A program made the translations under genes and the position numbers. A stretch of 63,483 nucleotides of DNA, the filler included, from Octopus bimaculoides (taxonomy: Eukaryota): assembly GCF_001194135.2 (NCBI RefSeq). It is 6 parts of 5 records of this genome, joined end to end, with 100 filler letters (N's around TTAATTAATTAA, not from the genome) between each part and the next. Parts side by side here need not be neighbours in the genome. Positions count along the whole stretch, not along the records: positions 1 to 21,401 come from NC_068981.1; positions 21,502 to 36,374 come from NC_068994.1; 4 more parts are not named here. The stretch is one strand, 5' to 3'. The notes beneath the pieces were generated by a model. The model had not been told where the DNA came from. It saw nothing but the letters and a program-made list of their open reading frames with translations, and did not search any database. Shown here piece by piece: positions 14,110 to 26,182 of the stretch (the stretch's first letter is position 1; every line of letters starts with the position of its first letter).

Positions 14110-14314
14110 GGTGGCGAGCTGGCAGAAATGTTAGCATGCCAGGCGAAATGCTTAGTGGTATTTCATCTGTCTTTATGTTCTGAGTTCAAATCCTGCCAAG
14201 GTCGACTTTGCGTTTCAGGGCCAATAAATCAAGTACCAGCTGCGTACTAGGGTTGATCTAATTGACTGGCTCCCTCCCCCAAAATTTCGGGCCTTGTGCC
14301 TAGAGTAGAAAAGT
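14110..14314 (+). mobile_element. Near full-length short tRNA-derived SINE (family B, ~205 bp)
   Basis: ggtggcgagctggcagaa head, B-box-like gagttcaaatcc, aggtcgactttgc core and gggccttgtgcctagagtagaaaag tail. There are many other copies in the window. Confidence 0.85.
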
Positions 14315-15227
14315 ATATTCTGCTTGTTTCTGGAATTGATCAAGTGTGAAAGAAACCAGTGTTTACATTTAATAGTCTCCCAGTAAAGAGCAATAAAAAT
14401 ACTCTATTTATATAACAATTTCATTATATCAAGATGTTTCATATATAATGTAAACTGACCAATGTTTATATGTATGTGTGTGTGTGCGCACTTATGTGTG
14501 TGTATGTATTTTGTATGTATGTGTCTCTTATTTTTTTAATTGTAAATCTTCCACTCCTTAATGCCAACAACATTACCAAACTGTCACTAGTAGTAGTAGT
14601 AGTAGTAGACCAGTAGTAGACTATAGACCAGCAGGCATCTGAAGAAACTAATTACCAGCACCATGTGAATTTTGTAAGAAAAATCAGTGAACTTCAGAAT
14701 TGATATCATGAAAGATTAATTTATTTCAATTTAGTTTCCCCTCTCATACAGCATGACTAACAAGTCTTAAAAAGATTGAAACCAGTAGCATATTTTGATA
14801 AAAATGTAAATATTTTACTTTCTTTTATTCAGCATAAAGTTCTCAAAGTGTTTTCTTTTTGCTTACACACATATACAAATTATTCTACAGTCAATTTTAA
14901 CAATATTAAAGTTGAAGTTTATTTTAGTATAATCATGACTGAATGGTTTGCAGCAAAAATCAATTGACAAGGCTTTTATTTTATAATTTTTAGATCACAA
15001 AACAATTTGCTTTACTTTTCATGATATATTTGAGATAATTAAAAACAATCAAAACATTTGAATGTAAAGAAAACATCTAATAACAGAATATTGCTTTCAA
15101 CTGTTTATACTTTATGACATTAGTTCCCATAAATGAATGAGTGTCTAATAATGAAATCATGTAAGCATTATTTAAATTGTGTTTAAGTTCTTGTGTAGGA
15201 AACAGAGTTGTTATATTGAAAACCAAG

Positions 15228-15660
15228 ATTTAATCACATGATTGTGTGGTTAAGTAGTTCGTTTCCCAACCACATTGTCTTGGATTTATTCTCACTACAT
15301 GCCATCTTGGGCAAATGATTTCTCCTAATATCCTAGTTAACCAAAGCCTTGTGTGTCTATTTTGTGGATGGAAGCTAAAAGAAGCTTGTTGTAAGTATGT
15401 ATGCACGTGTGTGTGTGTGTGCATGGATGGGTTTTGTTTGGTTTTGTGTTTCCTTGTCATGACATCACATGATAATTTTAAATGAGTGGTACAGCCATAC
15501 AAGTGGTGTCATTCATTTTCAACCTACCATGAAAATAGCCCAGCCATAGAAAAATATTACTTTGCTTAGAAGCATCAACCTATAGGAAAGCTGCTTCGTG
15601 AAACTCTGCCTGAGCCATGCAAGTATGGAAAAGTGAACATGGAAACAATGACGATGATGA
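15228..15660 (+). mobile_element. SINE with family A head and RTE-like catgcaag...gatgatga tail
   Basis: The head matches family A. The body and tail match 35290-35715. Confidence 0.6.
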
Positions 15661-16963
15661 AATTTAATCACACATCTGAAATAAAATGGTATGTATATTC
15701 AACTCAAAACCGGAATCTTACCAATGAAATAATTTTTCAGTTAGTATTCTTTGGTTTCATTATATTGGTGTATGCTGAATGACAGATCCGAATAAAATTG
15801 GAATGAAAGATTTAACAAATATAAGGCTCTTGGAAATGGCAACAGTTACTGCTTAATTTCTGAACTGGTAACTTACTTTTTCACATCTTGTTGATTTTTT
15901 TCCATTGTTATTTTGTTGAACAGAAAGAAAATAAACAGGAAAATTGGCAAGAAACTATTCAATAGTTGAAGTGAGCCAGTAAAATGTGAGGAGATTATGT
16001 CAGCTAATAGTAAGTGCAAAATAGGTTGTAAAATGGCCTTGAGAAAGAGAAATTTAATGTTCCATCAGAACACTTTTTCCTAGAGATATTAAAGTTTACT
16101 GGAGCTGCTGAATAAATAGATTAGGGTTCTGTCTAATACATCTGATTTCTGTTCTTTTTCACAGGAAAATAATTTATTGTACTTTACAAGCTTTTGATTC
16201 AATTGTTAGTTTAAGGAAACATATATCTCTCACATTTTGTCAGCGTCTGCTTCTCTTTGTTAACAATATACTATATTTTTTGTTTTACATGCACACCAGT
16301 CCTGTTTCATAGTATAAAATAAGTAGCCTGTGTAGTAATTATGTAATATGTATTTAGATTAGAAAAAGCAAGAATTGCTAGCAAAAAATAGAAAACAATA
16401 AATTCAATAAATGTCTTTACATGCCTGATTATCTCCCTTATGGGCAGAATCTGATGATTGTTCAGAAATTTAGTTTGTGCATACAGAAAACATTAAGATA
16501 CACACAAGTAAAAAATGGTTTGGGTAGATATGCTATATTTCAATAAAAACAGAAACAGAACTTAGGATAGTTTGATGTGTGAAAATATATCTTTATATCC
16601 ATTTTTCAAAATATGTTCTAAATCATCATTATCTGTTGCTGTTGTCAGAAGATACAAGTGTGTGTGAGTATGTGGTATATGTGCACATTTACATGTTCAT
16701 ATTCCAATAATAATTATTAAATCCAATGCATTAAAACGAAAAAATGGACTCGGTTAAAAGTAAGAGACTTGAGGTTTATAATGATGACAAGACATTTTGT
16801 AAGCATGAGAGATCATTTGAATGTTAGTAAAAGCATATATTACCTTTATGAAAGGGAAAATAATTGCAGCATATCTAAAAGAGACAACATTATGTTCACA
16901 TGAGTTCATAGAAATATGCCATTATGTACTTAAATTGATTGATTCTGGGTATGTGTGTGAGTA

Positions 16964-17000
<37 letters not shown>

Positions 17001-18195
17001 GTGTGTAACAGAAAAATACTAAAGCACATTCTAAATTTACAATAAAAGCTACATAGGCCACTCATAATAAAAAAATTATATCATTTACTGAATTCGATTT
17101 GGTTTCTAAAATAATTAAATAAACTTTCCAAGTATTAGGTACTCTAAAGAAATGCAATATATATCTACAAAAGGTTCATAGAATTTTTAATGGTTCATAC
17201 ATTTCAATATGTTTTTCACTGATTCTTTACTGGGGAATAACAATGGCAATGGTTACAGGCCAATGGACAGTCATTCTTTTACTGTAGTATCTTAATTTGC
17301 ATCAGTTTAGACAGATTTAAATCAGAAGACATTGATTAATTTTCAAAAGCTTAGTTAAAGGTTAATGTATTTGGCAACATTTATTCAGTGTTGAAAAGAT
17401 AAAGTATGTTTCATTCTGTTATAGTAAGTGATTGATGTCAAAGTATTACTGCATAATTTCAAAGAATTAGAGACACCATATAAATGACTGACATTCCTCA
17501 ACTTTTCAAGATCTCTTAATTCTATGATAAAATTTTATTTTCTGACTGAATTATTATTCACACTAACACAAATCATTGATTTATTTTTCTCTTTTGGACT
17601 TCTACCCCTTTTCTACCCTCCTGTATGATTTTACATTAAATATCTTTAGCATTTCAGAAGAGTACATTACTTAAAACATGTTATTTTTTACATGAAAGGC
17701 TTACTTCGAAATGGAAACAGTTTTATGCTTAGATGAACATGCAGGTATTAGAAACTAAAAATTGCTCAGCTTTAAGCTTTTTTTGTTTTGTTTTTGTTTT
17801 TATGTTTTGCATTAGGAATTGACAGTATTCACTAGCACCTACTTATAGTCATTATAATTCACCTTTAACATGATTTTTCATGTAATCTTTATTTATTTCT
17901 ATCTATATTAGATTTTAGACTGATGCATCTATTGATATAAACTTGTTTTACTTGAAGACAATTTAAAATTCATTGTATAAATATGATATAAAATGTAAGA
18001 CATTTCTACTGGAAAGAAGTTTAACATGTTCAGTGACCATTAACACACTTTGAGAATGTGATACTGCACAAGATCTCAAGCCAAAAATAAAATGATTTCA
18101 ACCCTACATTACAAGTGATATTTAATTAAGTTATCATAAGGCAGTAAATATTGATTTTTTATTATTAACCTTACACTCTACATATATCTCTCTCC

Positions 18196-18247
<52 letters not shown>

Positions 18248-18257
18248 NNNNNNNNNN

Positions 18258-18299
<42 letters not shown>

Positions 18300-18323
18300 G
18301 CGTGTGCGTGTGTGTGTGTGTTT

Positions 18324-18500
18324 ATCATTTAACGTCCATCTTCCATGTTAGCATGGCTTGGACAGTTTAACAAGATCCAACAAGCCGGAGGACTGCATCA
18401 AGCACCAATATCTGTTTTGGCATAGTTTCTACTGCTGAGTGCTCCTCCTAATGCCATCCATTTTACAGAGTGTACTGAGTGCTTTCTTCATGACACTAGC
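18324..18500 (-). mobile_element. Diverged RTE-tail repeat
   Basis: catttaacgtccatcttccatgttagcatgg is a diverged reverse complement of the 8740-8790 tail. Confidence 0.6.
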
Positions 18501-19508
18501 TTTAGGAAGGTCATCAAGTAACTCAACTGAATTGGGCTGTGATCAAGTGTGGTGGCTTCATGCCAGGTGTTGTAAAGTTGAAATGTGACAGAGGGTCAGG
18601 TGTCTTTCTATAGAGGAGATATGTGGCTAGTCCACATTATACAACAGTAAATGAGAGAGCCAGAAAGAAGACTACAATGGTCGTAATAATGTGTCACAGT
18701 GCATTCTCATGTCGCAAGAAGGTGAGTATAAGAAAGAATACAGACCAAAAAATTGAGAAGGAAGGGTGGATGAATCCATTTGAGTGAGAGGGGGAAAGTG
18801 AGAGATAGTTCAAGATAGGTGTAAAAGTGAATGCAGTGAATGGAGCCTTATGAAGATGTGGTCAATGGTGTGATGAAAGGATGGTGAAAGAGATAAGACA
18901 GACTCTGGAAAAAGGAGGTGTTAAGTAACAGTACAGGAATACAGGAGAACAACAGTGAAACAAACATGAAGGTAGATTCACAAATATGTAAATGATGTAC
19001 GGTGGGAAAGTGGGAAAGGTGAGATAGAGAGAGAGAGAGAAAAAGCAATGTATAATGAAAGAGATAGATCTCAGAGGTATGTATGAGTGGCTAGAGTGTG
19101 AGGATACAAAGTTGATGGGGAGGCTGCCTGTGCAGATATAACAGGGTGATGAGAGCAATTGCAAATAAGATGATGGCAGTGCTAAGATGTATCTCAGGGT
19201 GACAAAGGTATAAAATAAAGTACAAAGAGATGATATTGAGAATGGGGGGTAGGTATTAAAATGAAGTGGTTCCAGGGTGTGGTGCATGGAGATGTAACTG
19301 GTAGCACAAAGGTGGATGAGATGTATGTATATTCTGCTCTCGTATGGTTATAGTAGCTGAATAGTGGCATAGTTAGAAGAGTGGAGAATAATGTTCGGAA
19401 GATGAGGATCGAGGGAATACATGTTAGGAAGATGAAGCTTGATGAGGACTAATTTGGTGTATAGACATAAACAATGCTTTTAGGACCTCACTGTCACTGA
19501 GATGGATG

Positions 19509-19577
19509 GATCTTCTCAAACACAGTGAATAACCAGTCAACACAGTCCTTTGTCATCTTCTGAGTGAGGCCCTACAT
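19509..19577 (-). mobile_element. RTE ORF C-terminal remnant
   Basis: M*GLTQKMTKDCVDWLFTVFEKI resembles the RTE end LGLTEEMTxDRDLWRxAVLEKT. Confidence 0.5.
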
Positions 19578-19621
19578 CTTTATATGTGTGTGTGTGTGTG
19601 TGGATAAGGTGCCAGTTGATC

Positions 19622-19790
19622 ACAGTGGATGGAAACTGTGGAAGATAGGATCTCAGAAAGTGAAGGAATGAAGTAGTGAAGTCTATCTCCAGATGTGGAT
19701 CCTCACAGAGAAAATAACAAAGACCCCAGATGATTGGTGTCACACAGTACTTGATGAGACCTGCCCACATATGCAAGCATGGTGAAACTG
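19622..19790 (+). mobile_element. RTE ORF C-terminal remnant
   Basis: TVDGNCGR*DLRK*RNEVVK / LQMWILTEKITKTPDDWCHTVLDET (one frameshift) resembles VEGTCGRGRPRKTWDEVV...LTEEMT...W. Confidence 0.6.
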
Positions 19791-21366
19791 ATGTTAGAAT
19801 TGGTACTAGTGATGGAGATTGGACATATATTCTATATGCACACATCTGGGTCCTGCACCCAATGTGCCCTTCTCCAATGTACACCTGCTCCACCCTCTAA
19901 TCTTTTTATCACTCACTCTTCCATTGCTATTTTATCTACTGTATTATTTATTCCACCATGGTAATTAATAAAAACAGAGTTATATATCACATCATCATAC
20001 TTTTGGTACTACCAACCATTGCACCCTTTCTGCCTGGGCCACTTCTTTTTGACACACAGCCCTAATTCTCACCATGATATTTACTACTGACTATACCCTC
20101 CTATCCCTATTCACCATTGACTACTTTCCCATCCAACTACCTGTGACCATCTCCAACTCTATCCAGCACTCACTATTTCCCCCACACTCTTGCTACCTTT
20201 ACCCACTCTTCATGAATCTTCTGTCACACCAGTCATCTCCATCTCTCTTTCAGGCACCATTCTATCCATGCCACTCATCCATATATAATGCAGGAGAGCC
20301 CTGACATTGCTACAGTGTACTGAGGGTGGAAAAGTTTGACATATATTTATATGTGATGTATGATTGTTGGTTGCCACAGTAGTAATTAATAGTCAAAAGA
20401 GATCTGTGGTTTCCAAGCAATGAAAGAGTTAATTTAACTCTTTACCATTATCCAGATTATCATCTTTATCATTCTTATCATTTTAATTCAAATTTATATG
20501 CTGGCATGGGTTTGACATGCTGCTATAGTCCAAGTCAATTCTAATTCAAAATTACTAACCCCCATGACTGGATGGGCCAAGGATCTTTGTTTCTCACATA
20601 CATCCTATTTTCAATATGATTTCAATGGCTGGATGTCCTTCCTAGCACCAATCTCTTTACAGTGTTTGTTGGATGTATTTTATCATGGCGCTACAACTAG
20701 CTCCATTCATAGCAATTCAACCAACAAATAAGGTAGAAGAGTGGGTGACTGAAGAAAATTAATTAGGGTGAGAGAGAGAAAAATATAAAGATGATGATGA
20801 TAAAATAGAGTTATTTGAATAGCAGTGTGGAAATAGGGGAGAGTTGGCAGAAATCAATGTCAGAAAGAGTAGAGGAAGTAGAATAGTATTAATAGGGTGT
20901 AATGAGGGAGACAGTAATATCAGGGAGTAACTGGAGAAAAGCACTAATATTTGCAATATGTTTACTATTGAGAGTTAGTGAAGGATTACTACAAAAAGAA
21001 TTAGTGACCAGAGAATGTAATAGATGTAAATAACAAGAAACATGGAAGAGAGGGAATGGTAACTAACAAAACAGAAGGGTAATACTAGCTGGTAAGAGAA
21101 GGTGTGAGTAATAAATAATCAAGATGGTAAAGATAACAGAATGATAGATATCAATAAATGAGTGGTTATTCTACAAATTATTGTATGTAAACAGAACAGT
21201 AAAGATATATATATTTTAAGATTTGATATCTAAATTCCAATAATGGAGTTTTGGTTTTAGTTACAAACTATTCCCTTCTTTATAGGAGAATTCACAGAAC
21301 CCAAAATAGAAATTTGCAAAACATATACACACATATGAACACATATGTATATATGAGTGTGTAAAA

Positions 21367-21401
<35 letters not shown>

Positions 21402-21501
21402 NNNNNNNNNNNNNNNNNNNNNNNNNNNNNNNNNNNNNNNNNNNNTTAATTAATTAANNNNNNNNNNNNNNNNNNNNNNNNNNNNNNNNNNNNNNNNNNN
21501 N

Positions 21502-21564
<63 letters not shown>

Positions 21565-23428
21565 ATATAGAGTATCTATTTGTCTCATGTTTGTGTATCT
21601 ATATAGAAAATGAGGATACATGTTTATATGCATGTGTACAGACACACACATGCACATACATATGTAACAAGTATGTATATACATAAATATATTAACTCAT
21701 GTACAGTTATCAATCAAGTGATAGTAATAATGCACAGTATGAAGGAACTCAGTCATAAAATGGTAAGGATACTTTGTATTGTTTTTTTTAACTGCATAGC
21801 CGGTTATTACAACTCATGGACTTTCAGAGAATACTGGTCCATGAGTTGGTGTGAAGTTTTCATGTACTCTAAATGCAGGTATTTGTTGGAGCAAGGAATA
21901 TTACAGTAGGGATTGTGATGTAAATTATACTAATAATTATGATATTATTGAAAGAAAATTCAAATCTTAAATATTAGTACAAAATAACAATTCTGATATT
22001 GGTAGTGTTAGTGGTGGCGATGATGATGGTGGTGATGATGATGATGATTGTTTCTAAAAAAATATCATCTATTGGAAACAACAATCTTTATTATAATAAT
22101 AACTATTAAAAATGTTCTTTCATGAATGTCTTAATTAGTAGTAATATTCTTATCACTGTCTTCACTACATACATATAAACCATACATATCCATACATTTG
22201 TTATTCTTTTCGGAAGTGGTGAGTTACAATGACATATATTCATTCAGAAGATGATGTTGATGTTGATGATAACGAAGATGGTGGTAATGGGGGATGAAAA
22301 TGTCGATGTTATTCAATATATGAATATTTGAAATTAATCAAATCAGTTATTTTTCTTTCATTGAAAATAAGTAACATTGAATATCAATCTTGAGCGACAT
22401 CAATTTTTTGGTTCAGTGTGGTTAATTTTATTTTTTTGAATAAATTTCAAAAATAGAAGTTATGTTATTTTAAAACTTTAAATATGAGTTCAAGAAGAAT
22501 GAAGAAAAAAAATTACCTGATGTGGGCATATTCCTTATATTCGCAAACAAGATATTCAAAGGATGGTCTGTACATATCTATTGTAAATTATTTTATGTAT
22601 TATCTCAAGAGAAAGAAATGATCCAATATGGAAGGTTTTCAGCTTTGTGTGATGAAAAATGGGATGCTCTTAGATTTTCTGTTTCAAATATCATGAAAAC
22701 TTTCTACAAGTGATTCTGTTTCATATATGAGTTTCACCTAGCACTTCTTTTACTGAGATATTTAATGTGAATATATACACATTTACACTAGATGTGTATG
22801 TGTATATATGTATATATATATACATATACACTCACATACACACACATACATACACACCCAACTATATTCTTTGAAAAGTCTCAGCTTAATATTAAACCAG
22901 TTTATTAGTAGATATATGTATGAAAATATATCTTGTGTGATTCTATTTTTTTTTTCTACATACACATACTAAATATTAATGTTTATCAAAAATATTTTTA
23001 TTACTTTAGTTACTTAAAAAAATAATTTTCTTCCTCTTTTGTTTTACACTCAATTCATTAATTTTCTTTCATATTCATTATGTTCAATTGTATTTTTTTT
23101 TACTTATTATTTTGTTTTTTTAACTTCAAATAATAAATTATGTTACAGAAAAGCTAACATTTAATAAATTTTGCAACTTCTCTTCTAAAATGGAATGCAT
23201 GAACACTTGAAATTTTTCTAACAATGAATTTGGTATTTTAGTTTTTAGGTTGTGTGTAATGTAATAAGCTTTAGAATACGTATCAGTCAGTTAGTTTAGT
23301 ATCAATATTAATATATATATCTGACAAGTTAAGCAAAAATCAGTATAGTTGATGTTACAGTTGTTGTTTAGTCCCAGATCAGCATTTGTTGAGCAAATAC
23401 AGTGTTGACCATCTCATAATTTTTTTTT

Positions 23429-23474
<46 letters not shown>

Positions 23475-23861
23475 TCTAGGACTACATTATCCAATGTATT
23501 CTTTAAAAGAGTAGGGTGTAATTTGAAGGATATTTGGCAGCTAGGAATTGTGGTTAGTATTCTATATAAATCCATAGTAGATAAATATTGTAAATTTTGA
23601 AAAGATGTATTTAAATTTTATGTCAACCTATAAGTACTCATTCATTTCATTGTGTATGTATTTTTACCCTTAGACATTTGAAAACATAAATAAATAAGAA
23701 TAAATAGCATTTAAAGTTCGCTTTTAGGAATGAAAATAAAAATATGGTTTTTATGTGTGTGTCAAAAAATTTAATATTGTATAAATATCATGAAAACTTT
23801 CTACAAATGATTTATCAGTAATATCCTGAAGCATAAAATTGAAAACTAACTTCTAAAAGTT

Positions 23862-24136
23862 TCACGAGCAGAGTTCTTTGGCTTTGTGCAAAGTTTTGTT
23901 ATAAGAAGTGAAACTGTTCTTTGTTGGTAGATCCCAGGGCTGAGATTGTGGAAAGTTAGGGTTGGTGTTGTCTGCTTGTGTGCTTTTTAGGTTTACTATA
24001 TTATTGCCTTGAGTAAAAAGATTAGTTTTAAGTCGATAGGAAGACCTAGGATTGGTACCTTTTGGTTTACTCATTGTCTGTGGTAAGGACTTCCTGCCTG
24101 TGTTAGGGGTATTTTCTTGAAGAGAAGATTTGAGGC
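23862..24136 (-). CDS. Pcdh: Protocadherin terminal coding exon
   Basis: Acceptor ttttttcttacattgttcttatgcag (AG at 24138-24137). The phase-1 join gives G-LKSSLQENTPNTGRKSLPQT, which runs in frame into ORF 23862..24074 (MSKPK...QPWDLPTKNSFTSY...ELCS*). Confidence 0.87.
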
Positions 24137-24749
24137 CTGCATAAGAACAATGTAAGAAAAAAATACAATTAGCTTGATGGGAAAATTTTGAAGATTGTTA
24201 ACCTTGTTTTCTTTTTTTTTTTTTTCTTCTGTAAAACACTGTATTTTGAATGGACTGGTCTCTTTTCATCATTAAGTTGCATATTTATAAGTTTATCTAT
24301 ATTTGCTTAGAATGGGATTGAACTGAAGAACATTCATTATTCAACTGGTATCAACCGGTTAGGTCACATAGCTAAGGAAGTTAAAATTTGCTGTGAGGTA
24401 AATGCTCAATAGTTCAGTCCCTATCCAAACATGTACCTGACAATGAACAGAGACCAAAAATATCAAAAATTAGTGTTTACAAAAGTACTTAAATGATGGT
24501 AGAGCTAGGGCTAACGGTCCATAACATTTTCCCATCAGTACTAAAATGTAGGCATATAACAATTGGCTTGTATCCATGTATCATTACTCTATTATTATTT
24601 TTAAATAATTTACATTAATTCTTATTTATAATTAGGATAAAATTTTAAATACAAATTTAATGGATTTATTTTTTACTGATAAGCTTCAACATAACAGCAA
24701 CTACACCACCACCAACAAGAAGAAGAACAACAATAACAATAATAATAAT

Positions 24750-25836
24750 GTTTATAATATAGGCAAAATTTTTTGTGACCCTAGGAAATCACTGGTATTT
24801 TATTTTATCAACTCTTAAGAGACAAAAGGTAAGGCTGACATTGAGATTTGAACAAACCTGGAGTAGATACCACAAGGCTTATTTTTTTAAGCTACAATGA
24901 CTCTGCCATTCTATCATCTTTAATAATTTTTTCTAATTTAGGCACAATAATGCAGTTTTGAAGAGTGAGAGAGAGAGAGAGAGAGAGAGTGTTTGTTGAT
25001 TATATTGAACCTAGTACTTCATAGTACATTGTTTCATCGATCTGAAAAGGATCGAAGACAAAATTGGTTTTAGTTGGATTTTAACACAGGATGTAGAGAC
25101 CTGGAACAAAAACCACAAAACATTTTCTCCAACACTTTAGTGATTCTACCATTTCATGTTTCTTTTATTAAGAAGGGTTTTTGATTTAGGCATGAGGCCA
25201 GTAATCCTGAGGGATGGGGACCAGTTGATTACTTGACTGGTATTTTATCAACCATGGAGGGATGAAAGGCAAAGCTGACCCCTATGGGAATTTAAATCTG
25301 AACATGGAGAGTCAAAAGCAATGCTGCAAAGCATTTTTCGGATACTCAGATGATTCTGCCAGCTCAGTTGTTTCTAGTATAGGCACATGGCGTGGAATCT
25401 GAAATTAGCCATGTGTCTAGTACTTTATTTTATCGACACTGGAGTCAAAGTTGACGTTGGTGGGATTTGAACTTTGAACATAAAGAGCCAGAAGGAATAC
25501 AGCGATGCATTTACTTCAGTGCTCTAATGGGTATGCCACTCCATTGCCCTTTATGCTACTACTTCCACCACCATCACCACTACTACTACTACTACTACTA
25601 AGAATAATGATAGTAACAATAATTATGATTCTTTCTAATTTAGGCACAAATTTTTAGGAGAGGGTTAAAGTCTATTACATTCACTCCAGTACATGACTGG
25701 CACTTATTTTATCAACCCCAAAAGGGTGAAAGGCAAAGTTGACCTCTATGAGATTTGAACTCAGAAAGTAAAGATCTAAAACAAATACTCTAAAACATTT
25801 TTCTGGTGCTCTAACTATTCTGACAGTTTGTCATCT
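24750..25836 (-). repeat. Array of about five decayed family B SINEs within a Pcdh intron
   Basis: Recurrent aggcac...tattttatc(a/g)ac...aaggcaaag(t/c)tgac...atttgaac at ~24750, 24930, 25180, 25372 and 25632, all in one orientation. Confidence 0.75.
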
Positions 25837-26013
25837 TAATAATTATAAATAAATAAATAATTCAAATTATGAAAGAATGTTTCTTTTATAAAAATCAAAA
25901 ATTTCATTACAAGTTGTTCTATCATTTGGAATTGAATAAATTTGGAGAACAAGAAACTTTTATATGATTATAATATGATATGTTAAAGCAGTGAGTCTTT
26001 CTCATTTACTTAC

Positions 26014-26182
26014 CAGGTAAAGTTTCATAGTGCGCAGTGCTTGCTTCACTGCAGCCATGTCCACTGTCAGTTACAGAAGACATCGTTGACATCTCACTGA
26101 AACGGTCAGGGGACATAACCATATGTTGTTGATTTTTGCCAACAGCACAAGTCATTGCAAAATCTTGTAAGTTACCCTGTAC
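26014..26182 (-). CDS. Pcdh: Protocadherin internal cytoplasmic exon (169 nt)
   Basis: T-rich tract + TAG acceptor (26184-26183) and G|GTAAGT donor (26013). The phase-0 translation VQGNLQDFAMTCAVGKNQQHMVMSPDRFSEMSTMSSVTDSGHGCSEASTAHYETLP is stop-free and contains the protocadherin CM1-like DSGHG motif. Confidence 0.92.

Noticed and set aside
20423-20443. Perfect palindrome aaagagttaa-t-ttaactcttt
   Set aside because: It is best explained as two abutting TTAA-type MITE ends.
21446-21457. TTAATTAATTAA islands inside N runs (also 36419, 39141, 59359, 61308)
   Set aside because: Each is centred in a 44N+12+44N block. It is an artificial six-frame-stop spacer marking unsized gaps, not biology.
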